A stretch of 64,000 nucleotides of DNA, from NCBI GenBank assembly GCA_035315885.1, contig DATFXM010000058.1, positions 10,317 through 74,316 on the forward strand. Direction: 5' to 3'. Below are positions 38,651 to 48,632 of the stretch, one piece after another. The notes below the pieces were generated by a model. It saw only the letters and a program-made list of their open reading frames with translations. It was not told the origin of the DNA and made no database searches. The position numbers and the translations under genes were made by a program. The first letter of the stretch is position 1. Every line of letters starts with the position of its first letter. This stretch comes from Blastocatellia bacterium (GTDB lineage: Bacteria; Acidobacteriota; Blastocatellia; UBA7656).

Positions 38651-40219
38651 ATGGATAATTACCTGCTCACGATAGTCACACTCCTGCCGCTCGCGGGAAT
38701 CCCTCTGTTGCTTGTGGCGGGAAAGAGCGAAACGACCTGGAAGTGGATCGCCTTGATTGTTTCCGTCGCGACCTTCCTGATATCGCTGCTTTTGCCGATA
38801 AACTTCAATTCGGCGGGTGGTCTTCAGTTTCAGGCCGACGCGCCCTGGATCAGCGCCTTCAACCTGGGCGTTCGCTATCACGTAGGTGTCGATGGGCTCA
38901 GTATCTGGCTTGTCCTGTTGACTACATTTCTGGTTCCGCTTGCTCTGATTTCCTCCTGGAATTCGATTCATCGACGGCTTCGAGAGTTTCTGATCGCAAT
39001 GCTCGCGCTCGAGACCGGCATGATCGGCGTCTTCGTAGCGATGGACCTGTTCTTGTTCTACATCTTCTGGGAAGTGATGCTTGTGCCGATGTACTTCCTT
39101 ATTGGCGTATGGGGAGGCGAGCGCAGGATCTACGCAGCGATAAAGTTCGTCATCTACACGATGATCGGTTCATTGCTGATGCTCGCGGGAATAATCGCTC
39201 TGTACTATTTGAATGGGCAGGCGACTGGCGGCAGATTCACATTCGACATTCCAACTATCACCGAGAACGTAAAGACCGGGGCGCTCCTGATAAGTCCGAC
39301 CAGCCAGAGCCTGTTGTTCTGGGCGTTCGCACTAGCCTTTCTCATCAAGGTGCCGCTGTTCCCGTTTCATACCTGGCTGCCTGACGCACACGTCGAGGCT
39401 CCGACAGCCGGCTCGGTGATCCTGGCCGGTGTCCTGCTGAAGATGGGAACCTACGGCTTGATGAGGTTCAACCTCCCTCTGTTTCCCGTTGCCGCGCACG
39501 AATGGTCGGTACTTATCTGTTCGCTGGCGGTAGTAGGAGTCATCTACGGCGCACTCGTAGCAATGGTTCAGCCGGATCTCAAGAAGCTAGTCGCTTACTC
39601 ATCGGTCAGTCATCTTGGACTCGTAGTGCTTGGCATATTCTCGTTCACCGATCAGGGCATGCAGGGCGCGATTTACCAGATGCTGAATCACGGTGTCTCA
39701 ACCGGCGCGCTGTTCTTAATCGTCGGAATGATCTATGACCGGCGGCACACAAGACTGATCTCCGAGTTCGGCGGGTTGGCACGGGTGATGCCAGCCTACT
39801 CCACTCTCTTTCTGGTCGTCGTTTTGTCTTCAATTGCGCTCCCGTTGCTAAACGGGTTCGTAGGCGAGTTCCTGATTCTCGTAGGAACGTTTACTTCTCC
39901 GGTTTTGCCCCACGCTCGTCTGTTCGCTTCTCTTGCGTCTATCGGCATGATCCTGTCGTCGGTTTACATGCTGTGGATGTACCAGCGAGTGATCCTCGGC
40001 GAGATGAAGAACGCTGAGAACGAACGGTTGGCGGATCTGAACAACAGAGAGAAGCTGGTCCTCGTCCCGATTTGTCTGCTGATTCTCTGGATGGGCGTCT
40101 ATCCCGCGGTGTTCCTTTCCCGAAGCGAACAAATGGTCAGAGCATTGAGAGGCAGAGTGACGTCGGCCGTCGAACGACCAGCGAATGTCACAGCAAACAA
40201 CGGAATCGAATTGCGCTGA
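38651..40219 (+). CDS. nuoM: NADH-quinone oxidoreductase subunit M
   Basis: 522 aa. FYIFWEVMLVPMYFLIG.WGG, KVPLFPFHTWLPDAHVEAPTAGSVILAGVLLKMG. Confidence 0.95.
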   Translation: MDNYLLTIVTLLPLAGIPLLLVAGKSETTWKWIALIVSVATFLISLLLPINFNSAGGLQFQADAPWISAFNLGVRYHVGVDGLSIWLVLLTTFLVPLALISSWNSIHRRLREFLIAMLALETGMIGVFVAMDLFLFYIFWEVMLVPMYFLIGVWGGERRIYAAIKFVIYTMIGSLLMLAGIIALYYLNGQATGGRFTFDIPTITENVKTGALLISPTSQSLLFWAFALAFLIKVPLFPFHTWLPDAHVEAPTAGSVILAGVLLKMGTYGLMRFNLPLFPVAAHEWSVLICSLAVVGVIYGALVAMVQPDLKKLVAYSSVSHLGLVVLGIFSFTDQGMQGAIYQMLNHGVSTGALFLIVGMIYDRRHTRLISEFGGLARVMPAYSTLFLVVVLSSIALPLLNGFVGEFLILVGTFTSPVLPHARLFASLASIGMILSSVYMLWMYQRVILGEMKNAENERLADLNNREKLVLVPICLLILWMGVYPAVFLSRSEQMVRALRGRVTSAVERPANVTANNGIELR

Positions 40220-41736
40220 TGGAACCGAATCAAATTGGAATCAATTATCAGGCGATATTGCCCGAGACCATAACCGGAGGAGTAGCGATCATCATCATGA
40301 TGATCGATGCGCTCTCGAGACGCATCGAACGCCGTGTTGCCGGAGGTCTATCGCTGCTGGGGCTGGCCGGGGCGGCGGTATCGGTGGCGACGATGTGGGG
40401 TCGCAACGCCGAACCTTCCTTTCGCGGAATGATTGTGACCGACCAGTTCAGGTTGTTCTTTGCTCTGATATTTCTGGTGGTCAGCTTTCTGATCGTCCTG
40501 ATTTCGATTCGCTGGATTCAGGAAGAGCAGCTTCCTACGGGTGAGTATTTCGCGCTGCTGATGTTTGCAACGACCGGCATGCTTTTCATGTCGGCAGCAA
40601 ACGATTTGGTGATGATTTTTCTCGGGCTCGAGATTACTTCGATCTCGACGTACGTGCTGTGCGGCTATCGCCGAACGGATTTGAGGTCCAACGAATCGGC
40701 GATGAAATACTTTATCCTGGGATCGTTCTCGACCGCTTTCCTGTTGTACGGAATGGCGTTTGTGTACGGCGCGAGCTTTCAGGCAGGAGCGCGGCCTGCT
40801 GCTACCACCAACCTGCAGTTGCTGAAGGAGCGAATCTCGTCTGGAGCCCTGTTTTCTCCAGAGATGCTGTTTGCCGGCGCGGCGATGATGATCGTGGGTT
40901 TTGGATTCAAGGTGGCCACCGCGCCGTTTCATGTCTGGTCGCCGGATGTCTACGAGGGCGCTCCGACGCCTGTCACTGCGTTTCTCTCGACCGGCTCCAA
41001 GGCCGCGGCGTTTGCTGCATTCTGCAGAGTCTTCATACTGACGCTGGCGGCGGCGCCGATCGCTGAAAGCGCGTTGATGCATTCGATTCACTCGGTGTGG
41101 GTGAATGCTTTGCAAGTAATGGCCATCCTCACGATGACTCTCGGAAATCTCGTGGCGATCGTTCAAGGCAACATCAAACGGATGCTGGCCTACTCTTCGA
41201 TCGCGCACGCCGGTTACGCGCTTGTGGGCATGGTTGCGTCCGATTGGAAGGCTGTAGCCTTTTACCTGCTCAGTTACGTAGTCATCAACATCGGCGCGTT
41301 TGCGATCATCGAGGTTTTTGCTCAAAGAGGCGACAAGCGGACCGAGATTTCCGATTATGCCGGCATAGGCTTTCAGTCGCTCGGGCTGGCCACCGCTTTG
41401 TCCCTGTTCTTGCTCAGCCTCGCCGGAATTCCGCTCACCGCCGGATTCATGGCCAAGCTGATAGTTTTCAAATCCGCCTGGGGCTCCGGCTTCCACGTCT
41501 TGGTGGTGATAGCCGTCATCAACAGCGCCATCTCGTGGTACTACTACCTGCGCGTTATTGTGGCAATGTTCTTTGCGGATCAGCAGCCCGAGTTCAAAGC
41601 TCCGACGCTCAACAGGTCCTTTGCCGCGGCGCTGGTGTTGACCATCATCGCAACTCTGTATTTGGGAATCCTCCCCGGTAGAGTTCTCGACACGCTGGAT
41701 CGTGCGACCGACCAGATCAGCCGGGCTAGAAAATGA
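40219..41736 (+). CDS. nuoN: NADH-quinone oxidoreductase subunit N
   Basis: The start is at ATG 40219, overlapping the nuoM TGA (TGATG). FLGLEITSISTYVL, FKVATAPFHVWSPDVYEGAPTPVTAF. Confidence 0.92.
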   Translation: MEPNQIGINYQAILPETITGGVAIIIMMIDALSRRIERRVAGGLSLLGLAGAAVSVATMWGRNAEPSFRGMIVTDQFRLFFALIFLVVSFLIVLISIRWIQEEQLPTGEYFALLMFATTGMLFMSAANDLVMIFLGLEITSISTYVLCGYRRTDLRSNESAMKYFILGSFSTAFLLYGMAFVYGASFQAGARPAATTNLQLLKERISSGALFSPEMLFAGAAMMIVGFGFKVATAPFHVWSPDVYEGAPTPVTAFLSTGSKAAAFAAFCRVFILTLAAAPIAESALMHSIHSVWVNALQVMAILTMTLGNLVAIVQGNIKRMLAYSSIAHAGYALVGMVASDWKAVAFYLLSYVVINIGAFAIIEVFAQRGDKRTEISDYAGIGFQSLGLATALSLFLLSLAGIPLTAGFMAKLIVFKSAWGSGFHVLVVIAVINSAISWYYYLRVIVAMFFADQQPEFKAPTLNRSFAAALVLTIIATLYLGILPGRVLDTLDRATDQISRARK

Positions 41737-41758
41737 CCGCGAAACGCCGGCTGTGAAG

Positions 41759-42304
41759 ATGGAAACTGGTCGAAAGAGGTCTAAACCCGCTGAGAATCGT
41801 TCTGTATCCTCCTCGGCTACCCAATCTGCCGACAACGTAGCGTCTGAGATCCTCAGACAACTCAACGATCAATCAATCGGCGCGATATACCGCGACAAAG
41901 TCCGTTCCCAGCGCACGCGTCGTTACGAGCTGCGGATCCCAAGGAACTCTCCAACGATCGACATAATGCACACTCTGTTGGGGATCGAGTTGAAAGTTGG
42001 AAAAGTCCGAATGCTGTGCCCCGATCTTGCTACGGCTCGATACCTTTCGGTGTTTGCCCGAATAGGTTGCGAGGAAGTGGCCATCCCCTATGACATAACA
42101 CAGATCTCATGGATCGCCGATGAGCTCGAATCGAGCTGGCACCGAATGATGCTGCTCGTGGAGCACTTCACCAGAGGTCGAACCGCTCGCCTCCGTTCGC
42201 TGGTTCGCCGCAAGTTGCTGACCCAGGTCAAAGAGAGCGTTCTTGCCGCCGGAGCCGGCTCGAAATTCCCTCATTTCAGCCAGCCGGCCCGCCGCCAACG
42301 ATAA
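41759..42304 (+). CDS. Hypothetical protein directly downstream of nuoN
   Basis: About 181-aa ORF, basic, with no TM segment and no motif I recognise. The start is ambiguous (41702 GTG or 41759 ATG). Confidence 0.45.
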   Translation: METGRKRSKPAENRSVSSSATQSADNVASEILRQLNDQSIGAIYRDKVRSQRTRRYELRIPRNSPTIDIMHTLLGIELKVGKVRMLCPDLATARYLSVFARIGCEEVAIPYDITQISWIADELESSWHRMMLLVEHFTRGRTARLRSLVRRKLLTQVKESVLAAGAGSKFPHFSQPARRQR

Positions 42305-42564
42305 AGCTTTTTTTGAGCGCGCGGCACGGGCAAGAAAAGCCCCACAAACCGTTTTTTTAGCTCTATATGCGCGCGGGGAAAACTATTGACTGGACCTGGC
42401 CCCTATCTTACCATCGAGCAACCTCGATAGAAGAAGATCGACAGAGCGTCCCCACTGATATCTGCATTCTCCCCGACTGCCCCTCCGGCTGATTCTGTTC
42501 AATCACTGCGCGGCCGCATACTCCATATGCATCGACGGCTCTGCGCTTCCGGGAGCACTCGAGA

Positions 42565-45500
42565 ATGGCTCGACCAATCCGTAGACTACCTCTGTTCTTT
42601 TTATTGATCACCGCTGTTTTTCTCGCGGGCCGCTCGCCGGCTCGCTCCGACTCGACGCCGGTTCACCCCAGGCAAAAATTCGATTCCACCTATCGAAGCA
42701 GAACATCCAAGCACAAAGTGATCGTCTACGCGGAGGAGTCCGGGCTGCGCGACGCGCTTCTAGAGTCGGGAGGCCAGCTCGTCGAAGACTACGGCGCGTT
42801 CGCCTTGATGAACGCACCGCAAGCCGCGGCTGAACAGGTAAGAGCCCAATCAAGGGCCGGGTCGGGCATACGCGACGACATGAACATGGTGCTGCTCAAA
42901 GCGCGACAGTTCGATACTACGACCGATCGTCTGATGTCTTCTTCATCAATCGGACCCCTCGAAAAAGCAGACAGGCAGCTCTACCTGGTGCAGATGATCG
43001 GACCGATAAAAAAGAAATGGAGAAACGCAGTAGAAGCCAACTCTGAAGTGATCGGGTACATCCCGAATAACACGCTTCTGGTTCGCGCTTCGGCAACCGG
43101 CATCGAACAGATAAGCAGGCTCGCGGCTGAAGACAACAGTTTCGTTCAGTGGACCGGCCTTTACTTTCCGGAATACAAGATCGCGCCCGAAATCTCAATG
43201 CGTTCGGACGAAGATATTCTCGCGACCATTGAGATCGCCGTCAGCGATCCGAACGACGCAGAGGTCGATCGAGCGCTCTCGATTGGAGACGCAACGCCTA
43301 TCGGTGGGCGGGCGAGCGTCGGCGGAATTTCCGATGTACGAGTCAGCATCCGTACCAGCAGGTTGCCTGACCTCGCGCGGCTCTCAAACGTCCTGTGGGT
43401 CGAGCCGTGGACGCCGCCGCAACTACTCGACGAAAAACAGGACCAGATCCTTGCGGGAAACTACAGCGGGAGTACGGTCTCGACTGCAGGCTACGTGAAC
43501 TGGTTGCAATCGAAAGGTCTCGCAACAACGCCTGACTTTGTCGTCGATGTGGCCGACAGCGGGATCGATCAGGGCGATCTCGATCCTCAAGTCATTCACA
43601 AAGACTTTTTGAACGCCGCCGAGGTGAACCGCGTAGTCTATGCCCGGTTCGTCGGCCAGCTAAATGTTCCCCAGGCTTCCGCCGAAGACATAAGCGGTCA
43701 CGGAACACTCAATGCCTCGATCGTGGGCGGCTTTAACACCAAGACTGGATTTCCTTTCGTAGACGGGGACAACTTTCACTATGGCCTGGGAGCGCATCCC
43801 TTCGTGAAACTCGGAGCCAGCAGAATATTCGCGCCCCAGTTTACAAATCCGGACCTTCAGGAGCTGGTCTCTAATGCTTACCGCGACGGCGCTCGCATCA
43901 CCAGCAATAGCTGGGGCGCGTACAACAACTCCTACAATTCCGATTGCAGAATCTACGACGCGCTGGTGCGCGATGCGCAGCCCGCAATAGATGGCCTACA
44001 GCCGATCAACATTATCTTTTCCTCCGGTAACAAAGGCGCCGGAGGCCATCTGTCTGTACCAGGCAACGCGAAGAACGTAATCGACGTTGGAGCTACAGAG
44101 GGCTTGCGGCCCGGAACTGACGGTTGCGCAATCGACAGCACCGGCGCCGATAACGTCAACCAACTAGCGGTGTTCTCCTCAGGAGGTCCGACCGATGACG
44201 GACGCAAGAAACCCGATATCGTCGCGCCCGGAACTCATATTCAAGGGGTTCAATCGCAGTCGACGAGCTTCGATGCAAGCGGTGTATGCGGACCGATGAA
44301 CACACCTGCAGGCCAGACCCTTTACACGTGGTCTTCTGGAACAAGTCATTCGGCACCGGCGGTTGCCGGCGCCGCGGCACTGGTTCGACAGTACTTTCAA
44401 CAATCGACGGGCCACCCACCGAGCCCGGCAATGACCAAGGCGTTACTGCTGAATTCAACCACGTACGTTTCGGGAAGCGGCGGAGGCGATAGCCTCCCCG
44501 GTGACCAGCAGGGTTGGGGACTACTCAATGTCGGCAAGACGCTCGACGGAACACCTCGCATGCTGATCGATCAGGACCGTACGCTAAGCGATGCCGGCGG
44601 CAGCGTAACAATTCAGGGTTCCGTTTCCGATCCATCCAAACCGTTCCGAGTTACGCTCGGCTGGACGGATGCACCAGGAAACCCGCCGGCTCTCGGGCCA
44701 GCCATCAACGACTTGGATCTCCGGGTACAGATCGGGGGAAAGACCTACCTTGGTAACAACTTCGGCGGAGAGTTCTCTGTTGAAAATGGATCGGCCGACC
44801 ACCTCAACAACGTCGAGTCAGTCTGGTTGCCGGCGGGGGTGACGGGCAACTTCACCATCACCGTAGTAGCGGTGAATATCGCGGCTGACGGCGTCCCTCT
44901 CAACTCCGATTCTACGGATCAAGACTTTGCCCTAGTTGTTTACAACGCGTCGTCATCGACAGGAGGAGGCGGCGGAGGCGGTGGCCCCGTAGACAATCCG
45001 CCGTCGGTTACCCTGCGATTCCCCGCAGGCGGCGAGACGATCATGGTCGGAAGCACTGCGCACATCACGTGGGATGCAGCCGATGATAAAGGCATCCAGA
45101 CTCAGGTGGTGGAGTTCGCTGCCGATGGCTTTACATTCAACACAATTGCGGAGCTGGGCGGAAGCGCACGCAGCTTCGACTGGCACGTACCCGCTCTGCC
45201 TAGCCATCTGGCCCGGATCAAAGTCACGGTCCTCGATGGCGTTAACTTGCCGGTGAGTTCCACGAACGCAATACCATTCACCGTCGAGCAGGGTCCTCCC
45301 GATCTCATACCGCCGTCAGTCACCTTGCTTGAGCCGAATAGCGACTCGATTGTCGGCGGGGGCAACACGATGATCATCAAATGGAGGGAGTCGGATAACG
45401 TCGGCGTGATCGAGCGGCGGATAGAGCTCTCTACAGACAGCGGGGAGTCGTGGCAGTTGATACTTACACTGCATGCGCCAAGCAGCGGTCAGCAGCAGGT

Positions 45501-45933
45501 GTACAACTGGCAGGTGCCGGGCGAGCTTTCAACACAGCGAGGCAAGCTGCGGCTCACTGTGTTTGATGGTGCGGGGAACTCGGCATCAGCGATATCGACG
45601 GGCAAGTTCGAGGTCTGGGCGATGCCGGTCATCACCAGGGTTCAGTACGACTTTGGGGTCAGCGGCGGGAAGGATCAGCTTGAGGTTACCGGGCGGAACT
45701 TCCGAATCGGTGATTCGGTCATCATGGTAAATGATCGTGACTTAGGCAAGATCCGGTTCCAGGACCGTTTCAATACGGGCAACGGAACGTGCAGTCGATT
45801 CTTCAGCGTGGACAAGAAGCTTTCAAAGAAGCTGCCGGCGAAGACTGACGTAAACATTAGAGTGCGCACCAACACCACAGAGCAGATCTCAGCGGGGTTC
45901 AGCTTCAAACGGGACAGACCACCGGGGCAGTAG
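42565..45933 (+). CDS. Secreted S8 (subtilisin-like) serine peptidase with C-terminal Ig-like repeat domains
   Basis: Signal peptide. Catalytic triad contexts VADSGID, SGHGTLNAS, SGTSHSAPAVAGAAAL. G9 linker. Two repeated ~100-aa modules (..ITWDA.DDKGI.. and ..IKWRESDNVGV..). Confidence 0.9.
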   Translation: MARPIRRLPLFFLLITAVFLAGRSPARSDSTPVHPRQKFDSTYRSRTSKHKVIVYAEESGLRDALLESGGQLVEDYGAFALMNAPQAAAEQVRAQSRAGSGIRDDMNMVLLKARQFDTTTDRLMSSSSIGPLEKADRQLYLVQMIGPIKKKWRNAVEANSEVIGYIPNNTLLVRASATGIEQISRLAAEDNSFVQWTGLYFPEYKIAPEISMRSDEDILATIEIAVSDPNDAEVDRALSIGDATPIGGRASVGGISDVRVSIRTSRLPDLARLSNVLWVEPWTPPQLLDEKQDQILAGNYSGSTVSTAGYVNWLQSKGLATTPDFVVDVADSGIDQGDLDPQVIHKDFLNAAEVNRVVYARFVGQLNVPQASAEDISGHGTLNASIVGGFNTKTGFPFVDGDNFHYGLGAHPFVKLGASRIFAPQFTNPDLQELVSNAYRDGARITSNSWGAYNNSYNSDCRIYDALVRDAQPAIDGLQPINIIFSSGNKGAGGHLSVPGNAKNVIDVGATEGLRPGTDGCAIDSTGADNVNQLAVFSSGGPTDDGRKKPDIVAPGTHIQGVQSQSTSFDASGVCGPMNTPAGQTLYTWSSGTSHSAPAVAGAAALVRQYFQQSTGHPPSPAMTKALLLNSTTYVSGSGGGDSLPGDQQGWGLLNVGKTLDGTPRMLIDQDRTLSDAGGSVTIQGSVSDPSKPFRVTLGWTDAPGNPPALGPAINDLDLRVQIGGKTYLGNNFGGEFSVENGSADHLNNVESVWLPAGVTGNFTITVVAVNIAADGVPLNSDSTDQDFALVVYNASSSTGGGGGGGGPVDNPPSVTLRFPAGGETIMVGSTAHITWDAADDKGIQTQVVEFAADGFTFNTIAELGGSARSFDWHVPALPSHLARIKVTVLDGVNLPVSSTNAIPFTVEQGPPDLIPPSVTLLEPNSDSIVGGGNTMIIKWRESDNVGVIERRIELSTDSGESWQLILTLHAPSSGQQQVYNWQVPGELSTQRGKLRLTVFDGAGNSASAISTGKFEVWAMPVITRVQYDFGVSGGKDQLEVTGRNFRIGDSVIMVNDRDLGKIRFQDRFNTGNGTCSRFFSVDKKLSKKLPAKTDVNIRVRTNTTEQISAGFSFKRDRPPGQ

Positions 45934-46136
45934 AGTTCTGAGTTCTGAGTCTGAGTTCTGAGACAATCCCAGAAGGGTTGCGTCGTATAGCCCAGGGTTG
46001 CCGTCCGCGGCTACCCTGCGGTACGTCGCATAATAATCGTCGCAACCCTGAAGGGTTGCGACACCATTCGAAAGCACATTCCGTCGAGGATCACGTTACC
46101 TCTCGATGGCCAAACTCAGCGCTCAGCACTCATCAC
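45934..46136. repeat. Family-S element whose spacer carries a GGGTTGCG-type REP-like module
   Basis: (GTTCTGA)x4-like arm at 45935-45961, immediately after the TAG at 45931-33. REP module at 45967-46062 (GGGTTGCGTCG..CCCAGGGTTGCCGTCCGCGGCTACCCTG..GTCGCAACCCTGAAGGGTTGCGAC). ACTCAGC GCTCAGC ACTCATC arm at 46114-46134, abutting the stop at 46137-39 of the minus-strand gene. Confidence 0.85.
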
Positions 46137-48182
46137 TTACTGCGCTGCAGCACGATACTTCTTCAATCTGTCCTCGATTGAATTTACCAGATCCTTATCG
46201 CCGGCCTCCGAAGCCAATTTCAGGGCTTCTTCGCCCGTCCTGATCGCATCGGTATACATCTTCTTCATAGCTAGTACCGCTGAGATAGCCTCAAGCGACA
46301 ACCCATCATGATCCCCCGTCAACTCCAGCGCACGCCCGGCAAATTGATCGGCCTCGTGAATTACGTCCGGGGGAACTCCGGAGACTACCAATTCAGTCGA
46401 GGTCTTGCTCGACGGGAGATCCCACTTTGAAAGCAGCGCAAGAGCGAGTCTACTAAATCCCGCCGCCCACTCTCGATCGACGGAGATAGCTCTACGATAA
46501 GCATCGATCGCATCATCGAGCCGTCCAAGCCGCTCATAGACAACGCCAAGGCCACAATAAGCCGGCGCATGACTGGGATCGAACCGCACCGCCAGGAGAA
46601 AATGATCTATTGCTTCGCTGTTGCGTCCCTCCGCCGCATGCACTTTGCCAAGATCGTAATGCGGAAAAGCGTATGTGGGTCGCAGCCGCAGTGCCTCCTC
46701 CAGTTCCGCCTTCCCTTCCTCGACTCGCCCAAGTCTGACGAGCGCTTCCCCAACATTACAGTGGGCACTCGCTGACTTAGGATCGTAACTCACCGCCAAC
46801 TGGAAATGCTCGAGCGCGTCCTCGTACGCTCCACGATCCGCGAGTTGAGCGCCGAGGTTTGTGTGACCTCGTGAATTCTCCGGCCGCTTCTTCACAACAT
46901 CGGCCCACATATTCAGAGGACTCTCGTAGTCGATATTTCGTCGCAGCGTCAGATAGCAGCACGACCCGACCACCAATGTGACCATAACCAGCGCCGCCAA
47001 CCGACCGCCTCTCTCCCTCGTTTGCACAACAGCGGTGAGACCTGCGTAGGCACCCAGCACAACAAGCACCACTACGCTGGCGAGCGGCAGATACATCCTG
47101 TGCTCGTAAGCAAGATCGGAGAACGGCATGAAACTCGAAGTCAGCCCCAGAATTCCGAAGAACCAAACTCCGACAAACGCGACCGCCAGTCTCTTCACTA
47201 ACGCGACGATCGTGGCTAGCCCGATTCCACCTACGATTATTGCTGAGGGCAGAACGTCCGAAAGACCGGAGGCCGGCGGCCACGCATAATCCAAACACAG
47301 ACCATCGGGCCAGAACGCCAGGCGCAAGTAATGCGTTATTACTGGAAGCTCCGAGACGAAGTAATGCAATGGGCTGATGCTTCGCACGCCGAAACCGGCG
47401 GTCAGGTTGAGCGGCGCCGCAACAATCGTGGCCGCCAGAATCAGCCACGTACTCGCGAGTCCAACATAGAACACCCAACGCCGCTGTAAGGCTTCCTTCC
47501 AGGAAGGAGAAACAAACCAGACATCGTAGAACAACACCATCATTGGCGCAGTAAGCATTACTTGCTTGCAAAGCATTCCGGCGCTGCACGCCGCAATCGA
47601 CATCGCAAACCAGCGAGTTTGAGTCCGCGACTCGAATCCTCTGATCGCGCAATAGATGGTTACTAGATACATCAAGCCCATCAGAGACTCGCAGCGCTGG
47701 CTGATGTAGGTCACTGCCTGGGTCTGAAGCGGATGAACCGTCCAGATGAGTGCGACTACCGCTGCCAACTGCGTTGCCGCGCCGCCAAATCTTTCCCTCA
47801 ATCCAGGTTGGAGGAGAGTTCGGCGAAGTATTCCAAACAGGCTCAGACCGGCGAGCAAATGTATAGTGATGTTCAGAAGATGGTAACTCCAGACATTGAG
47901 CTCGCTGATGGCGTAATTGAAAGCGTAGGTAAGGCCTATGAGTGGCCTCGACAAATTTTGGCGAGCGAACATTGCGGGCCACGGTGGCCACAGTTGGCGA
48001 ATCGAGAGATTGCTGACGATGTCCAGATCGTCAAAGATGAACGGCCCGTTCAGGCTGTTCGAGTAAGCCAGCAGTCCCGCGGCTACGATAACCACGGCTG
48101 CCACCGTTACTGAGACTTGCTGCGTTGGAGTTGGTGAAGATTCGGTTGAAGCTGAGTGAGCCTCACTGATTTGCGCAGTCAC
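46137..48182 (-). CDS. TMTC-like integral membrane protein with C-terminal TPR repeats (GT-C / DUF1736-type putative glycosyltransferase)
   Basis: 681 aa. About 10 TM helices in the N-terminal 400 aa, then several TPR units (AHCNVGEALVRLGRVEEG.., AYCGLGVVYERLGRLDDA..). Confidence 0.75.
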   Translation of the reverse strand: MTAQISEAHSASTESSPTPTQQVSVTVAAVVIVAAGLLAYSNSLNGPFIFDDLDIVSNLSIRQLWPPWPAMFARQNLSRPLIGLTYAFNYAISELNVWSYHLLNITIHLLAGLSLFGILRRTLLQPGLRERFGGAATQLAAVVALIWTVHPLQTQAVTYISQRCESLMGLMYLVTIYCAIRGFESRTQTRWFAMSIAACSAGMLCKQVMLTAPMMVLFYDVWFVSPSWKEALQRRWVFYVGLASTWLILAATIVAAPLNLTAGFGVRSISPLHYFVSELPVITHYLRLAFWPDGLCLDYAWPPASGLSDVLPSAIIVGGIGLATIVALVKRLAVAFVGVWFFGILGLTSSFMPFSDLAYEHRMYLPLASVVVLVVLGAYAGLTAVVQTRERGGRLAALVMVTLVVGSCCYLTLRRNIDYESPLNMWADVVKKRPENSRGHTNLGAQLADRGAYEDALEHFQLAVSYDPKSASAHCNVGEALVRLGRVEEGKAELEEALRLRPTYAFPHYDLGKVHAAEGRNSEAIDHFLLAVRFDPSHAPAYCGLGVVYERLGRLDDAIDAYRRAISVDREWAAGFSRLALALLSKWDLPSSKTSTELVVSGVPPDVIHEADQFAGRALELTGDHDGLSLEAISAVLAMKKMYTDAIRTGEEALKLASEAGDKDLVNSIEDRLKKYRAAAQ

Positions 48183-48224
48183 GGGGCAAGTTTAGGCGCA
48201 ACACGCACCTGCCGCAAGGAAGTG

Positions 48225-48525
48225 CTGAGTTCAACCCCGAAGGGGTTGCGTCGTCCAGCCCAGCGTTGCCGTCCGCGGCTACCCTGGGTAGAGGCCACCG
48301 CACCCGACGCAACCCTGTAGGGGTTGCGTCTTGAACCGCAAAGCACCGATTCGTGAAGGCGACACCACCACCCCTCAAAGAGTTGCGTATGGATTTGGAA
48401 CCGCCGTTTCGCAGGTCGTTGACGCAACCCTTACAGGGTTGCGTCGGATGCGGTGCCTTTACCCAGGGTAGCCGCGGACGGCAACCCTGGGCTGGACGAC
48501 GCAACCCCTTCGGGGTTGAACTCAG
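48225..48525. repeat. MITE-like palindromic element: ~62-nt terminal inverted repeats of the GGGTTGCG/CCCAGGGTAGCCGCGGACGGCAACCCTGGG module around a ~180-nt core
   Basis: Left end 48229-48290 (GTTCAACCCCGAAGGGGTTGCGTCGTCCAGCCCAGCGTTGCCGTCCGCGGCTACCCTGGGTA) is the reverse complement of 48460-48521 apart from one mismatch. The same module occurs at 45967-46062. Confidence 0.8.
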
Positions 48526-48630
48526 GACTCAGGACTCAGCACTCAGGACTCAGGACTCAGCACTCAGCACACAGCACTCAGCACACAGCACTCAGCACTC
48601 AGGACTCAGCACTCAGCACTCAGCACTCAG
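48520..48630. repeat. 16 tandem heptamers, ACTCAGG/ACTCAGC/ACACAGC (family-S reverse arm)
   Basis: Counted directly, 16 units with no spacers. They read CTGAGTx, carrying TGA, on the minus strand. The array starts 2 nt after the stop (48633-35) of the minus-strand gene. Confidence 0.92.
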
Positions 48631-48632
48631 TC

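Noticed and set aside
40348-41865. 505-aa ORF on the minus strand
   Set aside because: It is entirely antisense to nuoN, whose sense-strand product has clear NuoN motifs. The antisense translation is Arg/Gly/His-rich low-complexity sequence typical of spurious ORFs in GC-rich DNA.
46777-47991. 404-aa alternative-frame ORF inside the TMTC-like gene
   Set aside because: It is on the same strand but in a different frame. The 46137..48182 frame gives coherent TM helices plus TPR repeats, whereas this one gives Arg-rich sequence.
48520-48630. A possible CRISPR array, here and at the other tandem arrays
   Set aside because: The period is 7 nt with no spacers, and no cas genes are present. This is a microsatellite-type repeat, not a CRISPR array.
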